From contig ADNK01000774.1 of assembly GCA_000320545.1 (NCBI GenBank), forward strand, positions 1 to 64,000: 64,000 nt of DNA, given 5' to 3'. The DNA comes from Bigelowiella natans CCMP2755. Taxonomy: Eukaryota > Protista > Cercozoa. Position 1 is the stretch's first letter, and every line of letters begins with the position of its first letter. A program made the position numbers and the translations under genes. The notes under the pieces were generated by a model. That model saw only the letters and a list, made by a program, of their open reading frames with translations. It did no database searches and was not told where the DNA came from. Of the stretch, positions 48,892 through 61,779 are shown piece by piece.

Positions 48892-49554
48892 TACTCTGCA
48901 TCATTACCACTCTCGGTTCTTGTGCGATTTCACCAGCAATGGAATAAGCTCCTTTGTAGCCATTGCACGCCGGTTTCGTGCGCTAAGTTGTTATATTTAC
49001 TATTGAGGCCCTAATATGTCTCCTTCTCTTCAAAGTAGTAGGAGCATATAAAAGACGAGGTTTTTCATCGTATCCAAACACATGTATTACAGAAAAACAG
49101 GCTATATTGTTGTTATTATTATTTTACAAAGCGCCTCCTCATATGCATTTGTTGTTGTTGTTGTTGTCGTAGTCATACATACCGCAGAATCGTCCGGATA
49201 AGGTCCACCAGATAGGGCAGCCTGGACAACAATCAGCACATCAAAGAATATATTACTGCCTTGACCATATTCACATATCACGGTTATCACCACACCCATA
49301 CCCACACACACACATACACACACACATACACATTTGTGCGTATGTGATTAGCGATCTAGCGTAGCGGTGAGTCGCCTTTTCTTCATCAATGTTAGGGTGA
49401 GATTATGCATGTTAGTACATTTCAATATCTCTGAGGTTCTCCCGGATTTGAGGTCCTCCCTACAAGATGAGATAGATTTACTCACCATGCCTTTTTTAGT
49501 CCGTCAGTGTGCACACAGGCTCATCTCCTTCTACTACTATCACTACTACCACTG

Positions 49555-49586
<32 letters not shown>

Positions 49587-50095
49587 GCTACTCCTACTCT
49601 GATATAATCAAATCTGCTGAGATGTCATTATTTATCTCTCCATCAAAACTGCAACATGATGCCGATGCGACAGAAAACTGTTTCTTTTACCAGTGCCTTA
49701 TCAGCCCGTTTCTTGGAGTCTCGTAGCCGAACTTTAGCTACTAGATTTAGATCTATACCTTCAAGGCCCTCTGGGAGGCCATTCTTTCTCAGCATCTCCT
49801 AGAAGAACGAGAAGAACGATAGTGAGTACACCGTCTCTCATCATCATTACTAGGGGGGAGGGATTATGATAGCAAACGACACCTTCTCTCTTTCCAGGGC
49901 AGATTGTGACGGCTCAGCCTTCGGTTTGCGGATCATCGCCAGCATCTTTTGCGCAGCTCCTCCCTCGCCCTCCTCCTTAACAATGATAACAATATTGCGT
50001 TGTTGCAGCGACGATAATATCAGCTTAAGAAGAAGAGTGGTCGAGCCACACTGTGAGTCGTCGTCGTGTCGTCTACTACACCACCGCTGTATGCT

Positions 50096-50134
<39 letters not shown>

Positions 50135-50312
50135 CTGCATGCATGATCTCTCTTCTCACCCTTTTGAGCAAAGCAGGATCCTCCGGTAGAGCAGCAGGTG
50201 GGATTTGTGCCACCAAACGGTCGATTTCTGCTTCGAATTTGTAATGGTAGTCTCCTGGAAGTTCCTGGACAAGATAGTGGTAGTAGTAGTAGTACGTAGT
50301 AAAATGAGGCCG

Positions 50313-50347
<35 letters not shown>

Positions 50348-51865
50348 TGCGGATCCTATTGACTATTGTGATATACGACCTCAAGCTCAGCCTCAGAGAT
50401 AGATGTGTCGTTACTGAAGAGTGGTAGCAATATGATCAGATACCCAAATAGGTGAGAAACAGCAGCAACAGTGTCAAGTAATAGCTCGGTTCATTGCCGA
50501 CAATTTATTTGAAGTGATTCAAATCCCTGCGACATGACCTCTAACAGCGTGTCATAGATCGGTCGGACCGTGGAGCGACGCATCATCATCATCACCATCA
50601 TCACCACCATCACCACCATCATCATCACCATCGGTGAAGTAGTTTGATCACACTACTAACTCAATTATTACTGTTTCAGCCATTCCCGATGGCACTCCTT
50701 CACTCGCTCCACAAGTTTCATTTTAAATATTCTGAGCCTATCTTGTAAGAGAGCTTCTTTGAGGTAAGAAGAGGTGCGGCCAGATTGCTCCTTGTTGCTC
50801 CTACTATCGGGCATGGCACCTTCGCCGAATCGGATCCATAGTTTGGACTCCTTCCGAGTGCTACTCGTTGTACTACCAACAGACCCAGATGCATGTTTAC
50901 GTTCCACGCTCTCAGCAGCCTCATACGAAAGTTTATATGCTTTAGGGAAAAGGCTTAGGATGCACGCCAGGTCTTTCTTGGTGAAATTCGTGTGCGAGGA
51001 GCTCTCAACCTGACATGATAATGATAATTGATACATAGTATGATGAATATGTGTGAAGAAGAAGAGGGATGGTGGTGGTGGTTGGAATAACGTGTTCATA
51101 TATGGATACTAAAGCCTGCAATGGGCATGATGAATTGAAACTAAACCTAAAATTCCACCATACCTGTGCCTTTAAGCCTTGGAAGTGAGCGGAAGCAGGG
51201 CGGCGTACGATTGCAATATTCAAGGCGGTTTCAAGAGCGACGAAAGTTCGAAGCAATCGATAGTGTCTGTACAATAGGCATAATTAATTTCGGCCGTATT
51301 TCGAAGAAACAATATGATAGACTTACGAGGAAGGAAGCTTTGGCATCTTTGGGTCATCCATTTTTGAGGTTCGAAGAGCAACTAATTTGGGAGATAATAT
51401 CTGCGTTTCATTCGTTGACTTATCTATGGTAGTGGTCATCTTTGCATTCTTTTCTCGAGGAGCAATTGCTAATCTTGTGCCTGAACGCAATCTTTTCCTA
51501 AGTCTTCGATTTCGTTTCTCAACCAAATCGTCAGTGGGGGCTGTCGGAATAGCTTTCTCCCATGCTCGTCTATGAGGTACCGTAAGTTTTTCTTGTGAAA
51601 GCAGATTCAACGTTGTATTATCTTTGGCCTTGACACAATTTATATTTTCTACTGTTGCTACCGAAACTTTTAGAACACGGTGATGAACTTTCTTGAGATG
51701 TTTCGACGGTTGTGTTTCATTGGTCGTGATCAGCGCCTCTGCCAGCTTCCGTTTATTACCCCCAGCGGAGGGCTTCACAGTTTTTGTTTTGCACTGTTCC
51801 CTTCGAAGACTAATAGATCGCTTACGGGTTTGATAGAATCGATCCATCACTCCCTTCCGAATCAT
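48366..51865 (-). CDS. CDT1: DNA replication licensing factor CDT1
   Basis: N-terminal PIP-like MDRFYQTRKR; LPSS|HYRLLRTFVALETAL...FQGLKAQ|VESSSHTNFTKKDLACILSLFPKAY...RLRIFKMKLVERVKECHREWL; IPPAALP; LEGIDLNLVAKVR; C-terminal winged-helix-like LPYLVDLIRTIL...QIRMLAKASPGF. Confidence 0.85.
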
Positions 51866-52396
51866 TTTGTAGATTGAAGCGAGTATGGTGGCGAAGGCGG
51901 GGGTGACCGATGACTGAGGGTGGGTGCTCGTATGGCTCAGGAGCGATTTAGGAGATGCGACAACTCATAGAAGGTGACGTAGCTATGAAATTATCTCAGA
52001 TCTTCTTCCCGCCAAACCATATCCCTGGAACGCGCCATATATTTGACCTATTCAACTTCTACGACAAATGTTCTCTGAATTCAAACTAGTAGAATACAGA
52101 GTGTTTTCATTTTGAAAACTGATCGAAACACAAAGGCGCCAAAAAGACTACATTTTTTCAAACATGAGCAGCATGATCGTTGTCTCTACGCGTAAATACA
52201 CTGGCAAACTTCATGGTTCTGGAAACTTCCGGAAATTTCTCGAAGTCAGGATCGAACGAAAAGAACACAAACACATGCCAGACAAGAGAAAGAGAGCGCA
52301 ACCTTCACCCTAATAACTTACCCACGGGAACCTTAACAGGCGGCATCAATTAGGACTTCATCGCACGGAGCAAGTGGTACAGGTGGGAGACTAATT

Positions 52397-53209
52397 ATGC
52401 AATCCGGGCACATATTTGCATGTGTTATTTCCGGGAGGCCACTGACGACAGCATTCAAGCAAAAATCGAATAATCGCTTCGTACTTGATGTACCCCGGCC
52501 TTCAACTGTAAGTGAATTTTCCATTAGTATGCTGAAGCCTCTCCCAAAGGTACGTCATAACATGTCTACGATATTAGTTGTCATTCTCACACATCGTCTT
52601 GCAGAGCTGCGGTGCCACGATCTACTTTTGCCTGCCACCCTATAAGGACTGGCAGTATCTTGGAGCGATAACAGTTGATCATCCTTCACAAATATATAAT
52701 GCTCCATGGCGCGGAACGATACCAGTATTTGAAATAATACAATTACGAAATTCGTAAAGTTAAAAGGTGTTTCTTTCACAGGACAGCACAGAGGGTGTAC
52801 AAATTGGAATTTCTATAGAAAAGGCAGAATTTATAAAGAATCTGCAACCCCGATCACAACTTGAAGAAAAAAAGAAACTTATTAGCTCTGTGCAGGGGAT
52901 AGCGAAAGACCTCTACAATGTATCACACGTTCATGGACATTCTTTGCTACAACTGTGACACCATAATTTTTTTTACCAGTATCTTCAATCGTTTGCAAAG
53001 ACAACGAGAATGGGAGAAATGCTTGTTCTTCCTCCCAAGGTAAGGATCGATAAAATCAAACTATCACATTTCCAAAAGTCACCTGGTTGACTACCTTGAT
53101 TTTTACCCATTATTTTACCCATTATTTTACCCATTGCTCGCAGTTCTTGGATAAATGGTTGAAAAAAATTGAGACGAAGCATAAAAAAGGTTTCCGATTC
53201 CTACCATAA
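52397..53209 (+). CDS. Hikeshi/OPI10 family Hsp70 nuclear import carrier (DUF775)
   Basis: IFACVISGRPL...RFVLDVP, GATIYFCLPPYKDWQYLGAITVDHPSQIY, VQIGISIE, IAKDLYN|YLQSF, LVLPPK|FLDKWLKKIETK...*. Confidence 0.85.
53101..53135. repeat. 12-bp tandem repeat (TTTTACCCATTA) x3 in a Hikeshi intron
   Basis: Directly visible just before the acceptor CAG. Confidence 0.85.
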
Positions 53210-53520
53210 AACCAAGATATATCACTAAAATTTTGCTTTTAGATCCTTATTTCTGGCTAAAGACAACATCGTAGCAAGTTCTTCAATGTGTTACTAGAGG
53301 CGGAATCTTGGAATTTCAATCATTCCAATTGATTTTGAAATAGGCGAATGTCATGGACATGAACGTCTGAGCTCGAGTTCTTGAGATATCCAGCCAATTT
53401 CTCTAAAACAACATTTGAATTGTGTGCATGCTGTTCTCAAACTCTAGAAATTGCATTATGTAAATTTGTATTCATTAAGTGTCAAATGATCAAGCCGATG
53501 CTGCAGCAAATGTGAATTAA

Positions 53521-54071
53521 AGAATGCAGGGCAATGCTAGAGTGTGTGGGCACACAAACCATGCACACCTGCAAAGAGAGAGAGGGAGTTCATGCCTTGA
53601 TGTGCCTAGCCACGCTAGCACGTCTAGACGTGCCAGCGTGCATGAAAACTGAGCACGTTTGGTGGGCAGTGCAATGGGAGCGGGCATGCAGCATGCTGAA
53701 AAAGAGACACGCCTCAACGTGCTGACCATTTGTGCACATTGAGATGCAAATGGGATCCCGTGTGCATGAAACATGTGCATGCAATCAAGCTCTGTGTTGC
53801 AATCGTGCATGTCTAGATGTGCACCCGCGGGCCACGTGCGTCGTGCGTTGAATGACAGCATTGAACAACGTCAATTTGAACATGCACGTGATCAGGACTA
53901 GCTAGCAGAGTGGAGAGGAGCTGTTCGTCTAACTGTTGTTTTCCTCCCAAATCAAAGCCTTTGAAAGAGTTGTGGTCATCACTAGATCACTTGCACACAG
54001 TGCAGCGATGCAGGTGATCGCCACTGTGTTCAGCACGCAGTGACGCAAAACAAACAGTCATTTGCATTTGC

Positions 54072-54108
<37 letters not shown>

Positions 54109-54419
54109 CGTGAGCATTTCATCTTTTCTTTTTCAGACTTGACGTTCCTCGAGATGACGATTGAGAATTGAACAGGGAGCAAAGGCCATTGCATTGCATG
54201 GCCAACCTTCAAACCACTGAGCTTGATTTGTTCCTTCCTCAGCAGCATGATGGAACTGCCAAGCCCATTTCAACCCTCCACAGAGGAGTTGCTAGCATCA
54301 TTTGCACGATTTTCATGTTCAAAGGATGATCACAATGCATCTCATGAACAAACAGAAGTTTGAAGTGTCAGTCCTGCGAATCTCAGATGGAACAGGGCAT
54401 CTGAGGCATTGCTTTTCGG
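53521..54419. other. TpA-depleted island A
   Basis: Manual scan: 10 TA dinucleotides in about 900 bp, 9 in CTAG and 1 in CTAA. Confidence 0.9.
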
Positions 54420-54663
54420 TACTTTCCCGAGTTTCCTTTGTTCTTCCTGTCAATAATGCTATGTTGTATTTGGATATATTGTGATAATTCGGACACGCTT
54501 TCGTCAAATTTGAACAACTTACAACTGAAACATCTCATGAAGACAAATCTGTAATTTAGGTTATTTCGTAAATGTATTTTTATCCAAAGTTCCGACGATT
54601 GAATCTGATTTTCAATTTTTGAATAATTGGAGAAAGTAGTCCACCTCCGTCGTCTCTATTCCG

Positions 54664-57361
54664 ATGGAAGGAAAGCAGGAAGGACCAACCGTCGTGGTCG
54701 TCGGAGGAGGCATCATCGGGTCGATTATTTTAGTCGATAGTGCAAAGTTTCGATTTCTGTTAATATGCGAGGGCAGCGACAGAACAGAGCAGTAGGAACG
54801 TTTGAAAGCCCGTAATTGAACAGTGTGTGAGTGTCGGCCGAGAACTATTTTCATGTAGGTGTTCGACGGCGATGCAACTTGCTACTCGGAATGCTAAAGT
54901 TATTCTTATTGAGAGGTACAGCATGGCACGCCAATTGTCTCTTTCTTGGTCCATTTCAAAATTCCTCAGGTGCGAGATTGCATGTGCAGCCTCCGGTAAG
55001 GCGGGGGGATTTCTCGCTAGAGAATGGGGTCAGAACAAAAAATTATCACACAAAATAAATTAGCGTGTTAGGATAATGTAGGTCAACACAAATGCAACCT
55101 AAAATATTAGGTTCCGGGCCGACAGTACAACTTCATAGGTAGTGGATATGGGAATATTTTTTCTCCCGTTATGTCATCCTATTTTCCTTTTTCGCAGAAA
55201 AAGTTTTGATATGCACAAAGCTCTGGCTAAGGTGGCTTGAATACGAAAGTATGGGACTGTATATTATCAGTCTTAACTTTAAAATTATCAGGAACACAAA
55301 ATTGCATCATTTCGAGAGCTACCGACGCTCAGTGTAAAAACAATGGGAAGGTACATACAAAGCACCCCATTTTCTAGATGCTACTTCGCTAATTGCTAAC
55401 GTACCGCAAAGATTGATGAAAGGCGCCACGAAGAAGTGCGAATGGCTTGATGGACACGTCTCGAGTGTGGGGGTAACTGATCGACTTATAAATTTAAAAA
55501 TCTGTCTTGCGCTTACTGGGTGCAACTATTTTGATGACATTGCATCAGATGATGGATCCTTCCACTGCCCAAGTAACTCCAAAGGAAATATCAAAATTAT
55601 TTGCGAAGTGCGGACATCTCAAACTTGCTTTTGCAAAAAAGAGAGACTTAAGAAAATCATTTCGATATCTTACCCGATGTTCTTATATTTAAACAGAATA
55701 GCTACTGAGAATGGCGCCGAAATCATAAAAGCAGCTGTATCAGGAGTTGCACGTGCTGATGGCTGTGTGACTTCCGTGAAACTTGAAAATGGTATATGAT
55801 AGAAAAAATTTTGTTGTGGTATCATCACCGCATTCTGAAGATTGGGCATTTAAAAGGAAAGGAGATCAAGGGGGACAGTTTCGTATTTTGCATGGGCCCC
55901 TGGACAGTAACAAATAGCATAAATATCAGAAAATGAAGAGACAACAACAACAACAACAATAACAACAACAACAATGATGATGATGATGATATATTCTATT
56001 AAGGACTAATAAAGAAGTCATGGCTATATGTTTCATTCTTGAAAATTATGAAATTAATTAGGTTAAATGTGAGGCTTGGTTCCCCGAATTGAGCGTAATC
56101 ATGCCCTTTAATAAAATGCTATCGGTTATTCTATAATGCTGCTGCCATTGTTAAAGGTTCCTATGGTCGGGATCTACAGTTCTTCTTTAATATTCAAATA
56201 TGAGGTTTTTCGTGATGCAAATCCATGACTGATAATTTTCGTTGATGAAATCATTGGATCATATCTCTGAATATCTGATTTGTGTGTAGGCAGGTACCGT
56301 AGCACCATTTGCACTGTTTTGTGGAGAAAGCGACGATGGGACACATCTTGAGGTTTTTTTAGAATGCTTTCGACTGCACTGGTGAGATGTTGATGATGAT
56401 GTCAATATCCAGGTGTATCCGAGACCAGAGGGGGATGTCTATGTGTGCGGTTGCGGTGGCAGCAAGCATCTACCTCGTAGAGAAATTGAAAAGCTCAACC
56501 CCGAACAGGTCGTTACACAAGAAGTAAACAAAAAATGTCTTTGTGTACTAACAGTCCGCTTATTGCAGCTAGCTATAGTATAGAACAAGGTGGAAAGGCA
56601 TGCCATTCCCTCTGCTGTCGTATTGCAGTTAATTCTCCTGCAAGAGCTCTCCAGAAACATTAGCGCTCCATGTGTTGAATTCATGCTGGTGCTATGTGTG
56701 GTTCGTTTTGGTAAAGGTGGTTCCCGATCCCAAACGTGTTGAGGTCGCCACTAAAGCGTTTGCTCGAATGACTCCAACTCTGGGAAAGGTACATAGCATT
56801 CCTTCCCAGGAAGGAAAGGATTGACTGAATTACAAATAGTCTTTGTTGCGAGTATGAAACGAGTAGCTTTGATTCCGCGTCTAACACACTAGGACAATGC
56901 GGACGTGACACAGGCATGCATGAGGCCTTGCACAGACGATGGAATGCCAATGATGGTGAGCTTCTTCTCGTAATAGTGTGCGTTAATACGCAACTAAAGC
57001 TGAATATAGCTCACGATCATTTGATGGACGCAACAGGGAATCATTCCTGGTGAGAAGAACTGTTTTGTCGCCACTGGGCACAACTGTTGGGGCATTTTGT
57101 GGGGACCCGTTACAGGTAGAATATAGATTCGAAGAGGGGGGAAAGAGTGAGAGTAGCAAATTAAGTAGAGATGGGAGAAGAACTTTTTAGTGTGATTCAC
57201 GGGAGAAATTTAATACAGGCCTAGCCATGTCCGAGCTTGTTCTCAAAGGGAAAAGTTCAACTATAGATTTGAGTCCCTTTTCACCAGCAAGATTTCAGAA
57301 ACGCAAAATCCGTCGTTCGCGTCAGATGGGTGACGGAGAAACAGTTGGTGAAGATTGGTGA
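54664..57361 (+). CDS. FAD-dependent oxidoreductase, DAO family (Tda3-like)
   Basis: VVVVGGGIIG|CSTA, IACAASGKAGGFLAREWG, TAQVTP, MGPWT, EVYPRPEGDVYVCG, QACMRPCTDDGMPMMG, ATGHNCWGILWGPVTG|LAMSELV...FSPARF. Confidence 0.9.
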
Positions 57362-57995
57362 TAATCTGCAGGCCCGTGACAATACATATAGCATGATCTT
57401 CATAATAGCAGCATGTACATCAAGACATTATGCATTACAGTTCGGCACAAAATATAAATTTATTTGTAATATTACGTCTACGCATTTGCACAGCGTATAT
57501 TTCTATACATAGCCGGCTAGAATCTAATTATTGTTTCGCAGCAAGCTCCTCCAGCTACATTTAGCGTTGCGGCTCATATCAGTCGCGCTATCCGCGTTAA
57601 TGAGTTGCTTAGTACTCTGTCTCTATAATGCTTGCGCTAATGGGACGTCACATTGGTTATCTACTGCATCAAAGTAGTATGCATATATGTGCATGGTGTA
57701 CACATGCTATGACACTCATGCGCATTGTGCATGTCGCATGCACAGCTAAGTGCGTAGTTGCGCCATGATGTTTAGATGTACGTACCCGGGCGCCCGGGCG
57801 CCTCATATCCTCTGCTGTTGTGATGTTTATAATTTAATATGATATTTGCTCTCCTTACGGGTCAAATGTCAAGCTGATGACGTTGACATTAACGACACCA
57901 CAGAAAGCTAAATACATTGCAACAACACAAGTGACTAGATCCGAGGTTCCTGGTCTGCCGGCAGAAGCTACCTCCTTTTTGATCAAAGCCCTCTT

Positions 57996-59934
57996 CTATT
58001 TCTTCTTTCCATCTTTTTTCTTCCCCGCAGGCTTATTGTTCTTCAACCACCACGCTTTGTACATCTCATGGAGAAGAGTTGCGGCTTCTCGTTGGACCCT
58101 CTTCCTCTTTATCGTGGCTTGGCGTTCAGAAAAATACTTCAGTCTTTCTGCCTCTATTGCTTCTTCTTCTCTTCTCCGCTCATCCAAGAATTCAACCTAA
58201 ACCAAAAAAACAGAGCAATGTCAAGCTTTTATAACTTCCGTCTTCATTGCACTGGAGTACCATTTTTTTCTTCTCGGCCAGTTCGTCGTCGTGCACGGCC
58301 TTAAGCTCAACCATTTTCGAATAAAGATCGTATATTTCAGAATCATACTTATTCATCAAGTCCTCCAGTGCTGCTTCTCTTTTATATTTTCTATTGTGTT
58401 CCTTCCGTTCATTGGTGAAGTTTGTGTCAGATTTGTCTTCGAACTGGCAAAATAAAAATGCAAATCAGAATTGAAAGATGGAAGGTAGGAATTCTAAAAT
58501 GTATTCTATAATGAGGCTATCTGCAAAGCTGATGCTAACTAAAAATAAACATATGCTACAAGTATTAAATATCAGTTTAGACTTTTTAGACCTCGGCTTG
58601 AAGTTTAGTCAATTCCTCTTTTTTCTTCGCCATTTCATCATTGAAATGCTTGTTCCTAGCTTCTTCTTCGGCCTACATATATCTTACTATGAGTATTTTG
58701 CACTAAAATTTTAATTCATCCCGGTTACTGCGTCTCAGGTTTTTACTACCTTCCACTTCTTCATATTCTCTGTATACACTCTTTGTGATTCATCCCCAAC
58801 TCGTTTTATGTCCCTACGTAATCTTGCTATCTTAGCGTCCAGGGCACTAATAGTGCCAGAATTTTCCTATAATATAATGTTGTTAGAGCATCGTCGCTCC
58901 AATTACTACCCAAATTCAATAGAAAACCTTCCTCTCAATATCGAGCTGTTCCTTCAGGGATCGAAATTTCCCTGAATCGTCTTTCTCCTGTACTATCAAC
59001 TCATCCAGCTTTCCTTGCATCGTGTTCTAGTAAGTAAAATAACTCGATCAAAATGTATCCCTGCATCACCAAAGTGTCCGAACACGAGTAATAATTAATA
59101 CCTCTTCTTCGGATGTCATTTGGAGCTTATGTTGCATAAGTTCGTATAATTCTGCAATGACACCCAAAAATTCATTTGTAGCTCGATTGTTCTGCCCTCT
59201 CAATTTTCGAACGGCCTTAACGAGATGCGGATCTTCGGACACGGCATCTGTAAGAATACGAGCGACGTTTTTGGCACAAACTGTGACATTTTCCTCGAGC
59301 TCCTCTATGTCTTCTTCGTCCTCCTGGAATGAGTATCAAGCTAAATCAGACTATTTACTGGATTCATTTATTGACTTGCAACCTCCTCTTCTATAGCTTC
59401 TTTCAGTTCCGAGAGATAGGCAAAGTAGTCCTGGGATACTTAAAAAGTCAGTAAATGTTTCAGATACGTGAATGTTTCTGCGAGACCTGGAAATCGTCTT
59501 CAACTTCACCGCTGAGTTCAATATTGGCCGTTGTTATTTCAGGAGATATTTGATTTAGGAAGTTCAGCTTCTCGTACAACTGCTTAATAATTTTTAAGAT
59601 CCATTCGATCTCTACAATCCCTTGCATACTCGAGCTACCGTTACTGTGTAGGGGAACAAGAAACGTCACTCTCGTTATAAGTGAACTAGAGCAATTTTAA
59701 AAATTCAGAGAACGGTAACAAGAGGAAAATTAGGAAGCATAATACATCTCTTCTCAAAATAAGAAAACAAAGATTCCTTTACTCATACTTATTGATCGAG
59801 GGAAGCTTTAAGGTCACAGGGCGCTTTGACTCTTTTTTCTTTATCCCAGTTTTCCCACCAGCGCTGGAACCCCTTTCCGCTGGCCTCTCCCCGGTTAAGG
59901 GAGTTTGTATGCGTGGAAGCAAGGTAGTGGACAT
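57996..59934 (-). CDS. DRC10: Dynein regulatory complex subunit 10 (IQCD-like) coiled-coil flagellar protein
   Basis: VEIEWILKIIKQLYEKLNFL, CAKNVARIL, FLGVIAELYELMQHKLQMTSEEE, long coiled coil, LMNKYDSEI, degenerate IQ motif AATLLHEMYKAWWLK and poly-K tail. Motif order matches IQCD/DRC10 from memory. Confidence 0.7.
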
Positions 59935-60250
59935 GAAGTTTGCCTCTTCCCCTTCCGTAGGTAATGCTTTTCTCTACTCGAATAGCTGTTGGGGGTCCAG
60001 AGGACTATGCAAACGTTTCGCCATTCAAAGATCAAATTTTGAGCATATCTGAAAGATTTGGGCTATGAGATGAGTAGGGTTATTTATTGGAGACATCTAT
60101 AAGTTTAAGACTGTATACAAAAATGCAGGTCGTTTTTTCCATCGACCAGAAACGGGTCCTTCAGCTTGAGACTTGTTCGTTATTGATGCTGCCGGTGAGT
60201 CAAAACCACCTTTATCTCGTGACTGCGACAACGATAGATCGCATGAGGTA

Positions 60251-60772
60251 GTGCTCGTGTTTCAATGTGTGCGACAGCTCACAAATTGCAACATGAGCAA
60301 AAAATCAAACAAGAAAGTGGTCGGTTCGACTTTTTGAGACGGACGTTCCTCATTCATCCATTTCAATCTTGTCAGGGGAGGGCGTGGATGAATTGGCACG
60401 TCCGATGATCCTTTCAACTCAAGCATTGAAAAGGCTTCATTCGTTCACTCGTTCATTCAACCGCACCGTTTCTTTCCTTCTGTCACTTCTCAGCCTTGCA
60501 CGAAACACTTCTTCTTGTCATTGTTCTTCTTGTTGTTGAGCAAGACCTCTCGTGGTGAAATGCTGATGGTCTTCTCCTTTTTCTGCCCGAGGATTCTTCC
60601 TTGCAAATCCAAGTTGTGAAAACTTCCATGCATCACCTTGACCGCGACTGATCGACACCATCTAGCCATGCTAGCATGATGGGACAACCTCACTAGCTCA
60701 TCAGAACACAAACATTGAGTGCGTGTCTGCGATGTGATGTGACAGTGCGATGACAACAAAATTCATCTGCGA

Positions 60773-60812
<40 letters not shown>

Positions 60813-60882
60813 ATGTGTGCAGACTTGTGTCTCCATGCGTGCATGCGCCCAATGAACATCTCCAGAACACGCAGAACTGCAC

Positions 60883-60921
<39 letters not shown>

Positions 60922-61252
60922 TCACGTTGAAAATTGCCATCAATGGCATTGTCGTGAAAGCCACGTGCCCATCGAGCTCACTCGAATCCTGTGGGACACA
61001 AGCACATGCATGCATGTGACTGCAACTGCACGCCTCGAGCAAAATTCATGTGCTGACATGGCTTGCACACCTTGCTTCATGTGCACAAGGCGCATCGCAC
61101 CGGCAACAAAGGCCCTGTCTGGCCTGCTAGCTGTCGTTGATCTTTTGGATTCCTTTCTGTTGCGCACGCCACATCATGCTACGATGCAATCGACATCGTC
61201 TAGATCGTGTTGGCGGCACGCATGCCGAGTCATTCTAGCATTGTGCACACGT
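60251..61252. other. TpA-depleted island B
   Basis: Manual scan: 7 TA dinucleotides in about 1000 bp, 6 in CTAG and 1 in CTAC. None at all from 60251 to 60660. Confidence 0.9.
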
Positions 61253-61779
61253 TTATTGTCGACATTGAAAGTGCAAAAAACACACAAACTAGCACAGCTT
61301 GCATGCCACTCCTACGCAGATACCGCGTATCGTAGTGTGTGATGTCGAAGGCTGGTGTTGTGCGATGCAGCACGTTCCATAGGCAGTTGCCAGGCACATA
61401 CAGCAAAATTATATTACCTACATGTTGCGTTGGACATGACCTGCGAATTGCGTGCCAAGATTTTGTTAAATTTTTTTAACGCATTATGCACAGTTCTATT
61501 TCGAGTCTTGTTGATGCAGTTCCATCCATGTGATTTCGCGTCTTATCCTAAAATTGATCAAAGATACTTTATAACTCATTCCTCTCAACACAATATATCT
61601 TCGGCAAAGATGTTCTCTAAACAACATACTTGTTCACTGCTCCTCCGAAAGAAAGAGTCGCCGTATCTGAATTTGATGCATTTTAATTTGGCTGGAAGGC
61701 TTAATATAAATTACAAGTACACCTGTCGATGATCTATTTGCAGGTGTATACTCGATAAAGTAAGCGTAGTTTTCGAGAG

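Noticed and set aside
57785-57798. GC palindrome CCCGGGCGCCCGGG
   Set aside because: Explained by a short tandem duplication of CCCGGGCG, with no further support for function.
59974-60024. Upstream ATG for DRC10 at 60024
   Set aside because: An in-frame TAG follows after 16 codons, so it is at most a uORF. The start was placed at 59934.
60490-61342. Overlapping His/Cys-rich ORFs (e.g. 175 aa at 60815..61342), and similarly 53517..53861
   Set aside because: They arise from TpA loss, which removes TAA/TAG stops and Tyr codons and inflates His/Cys.
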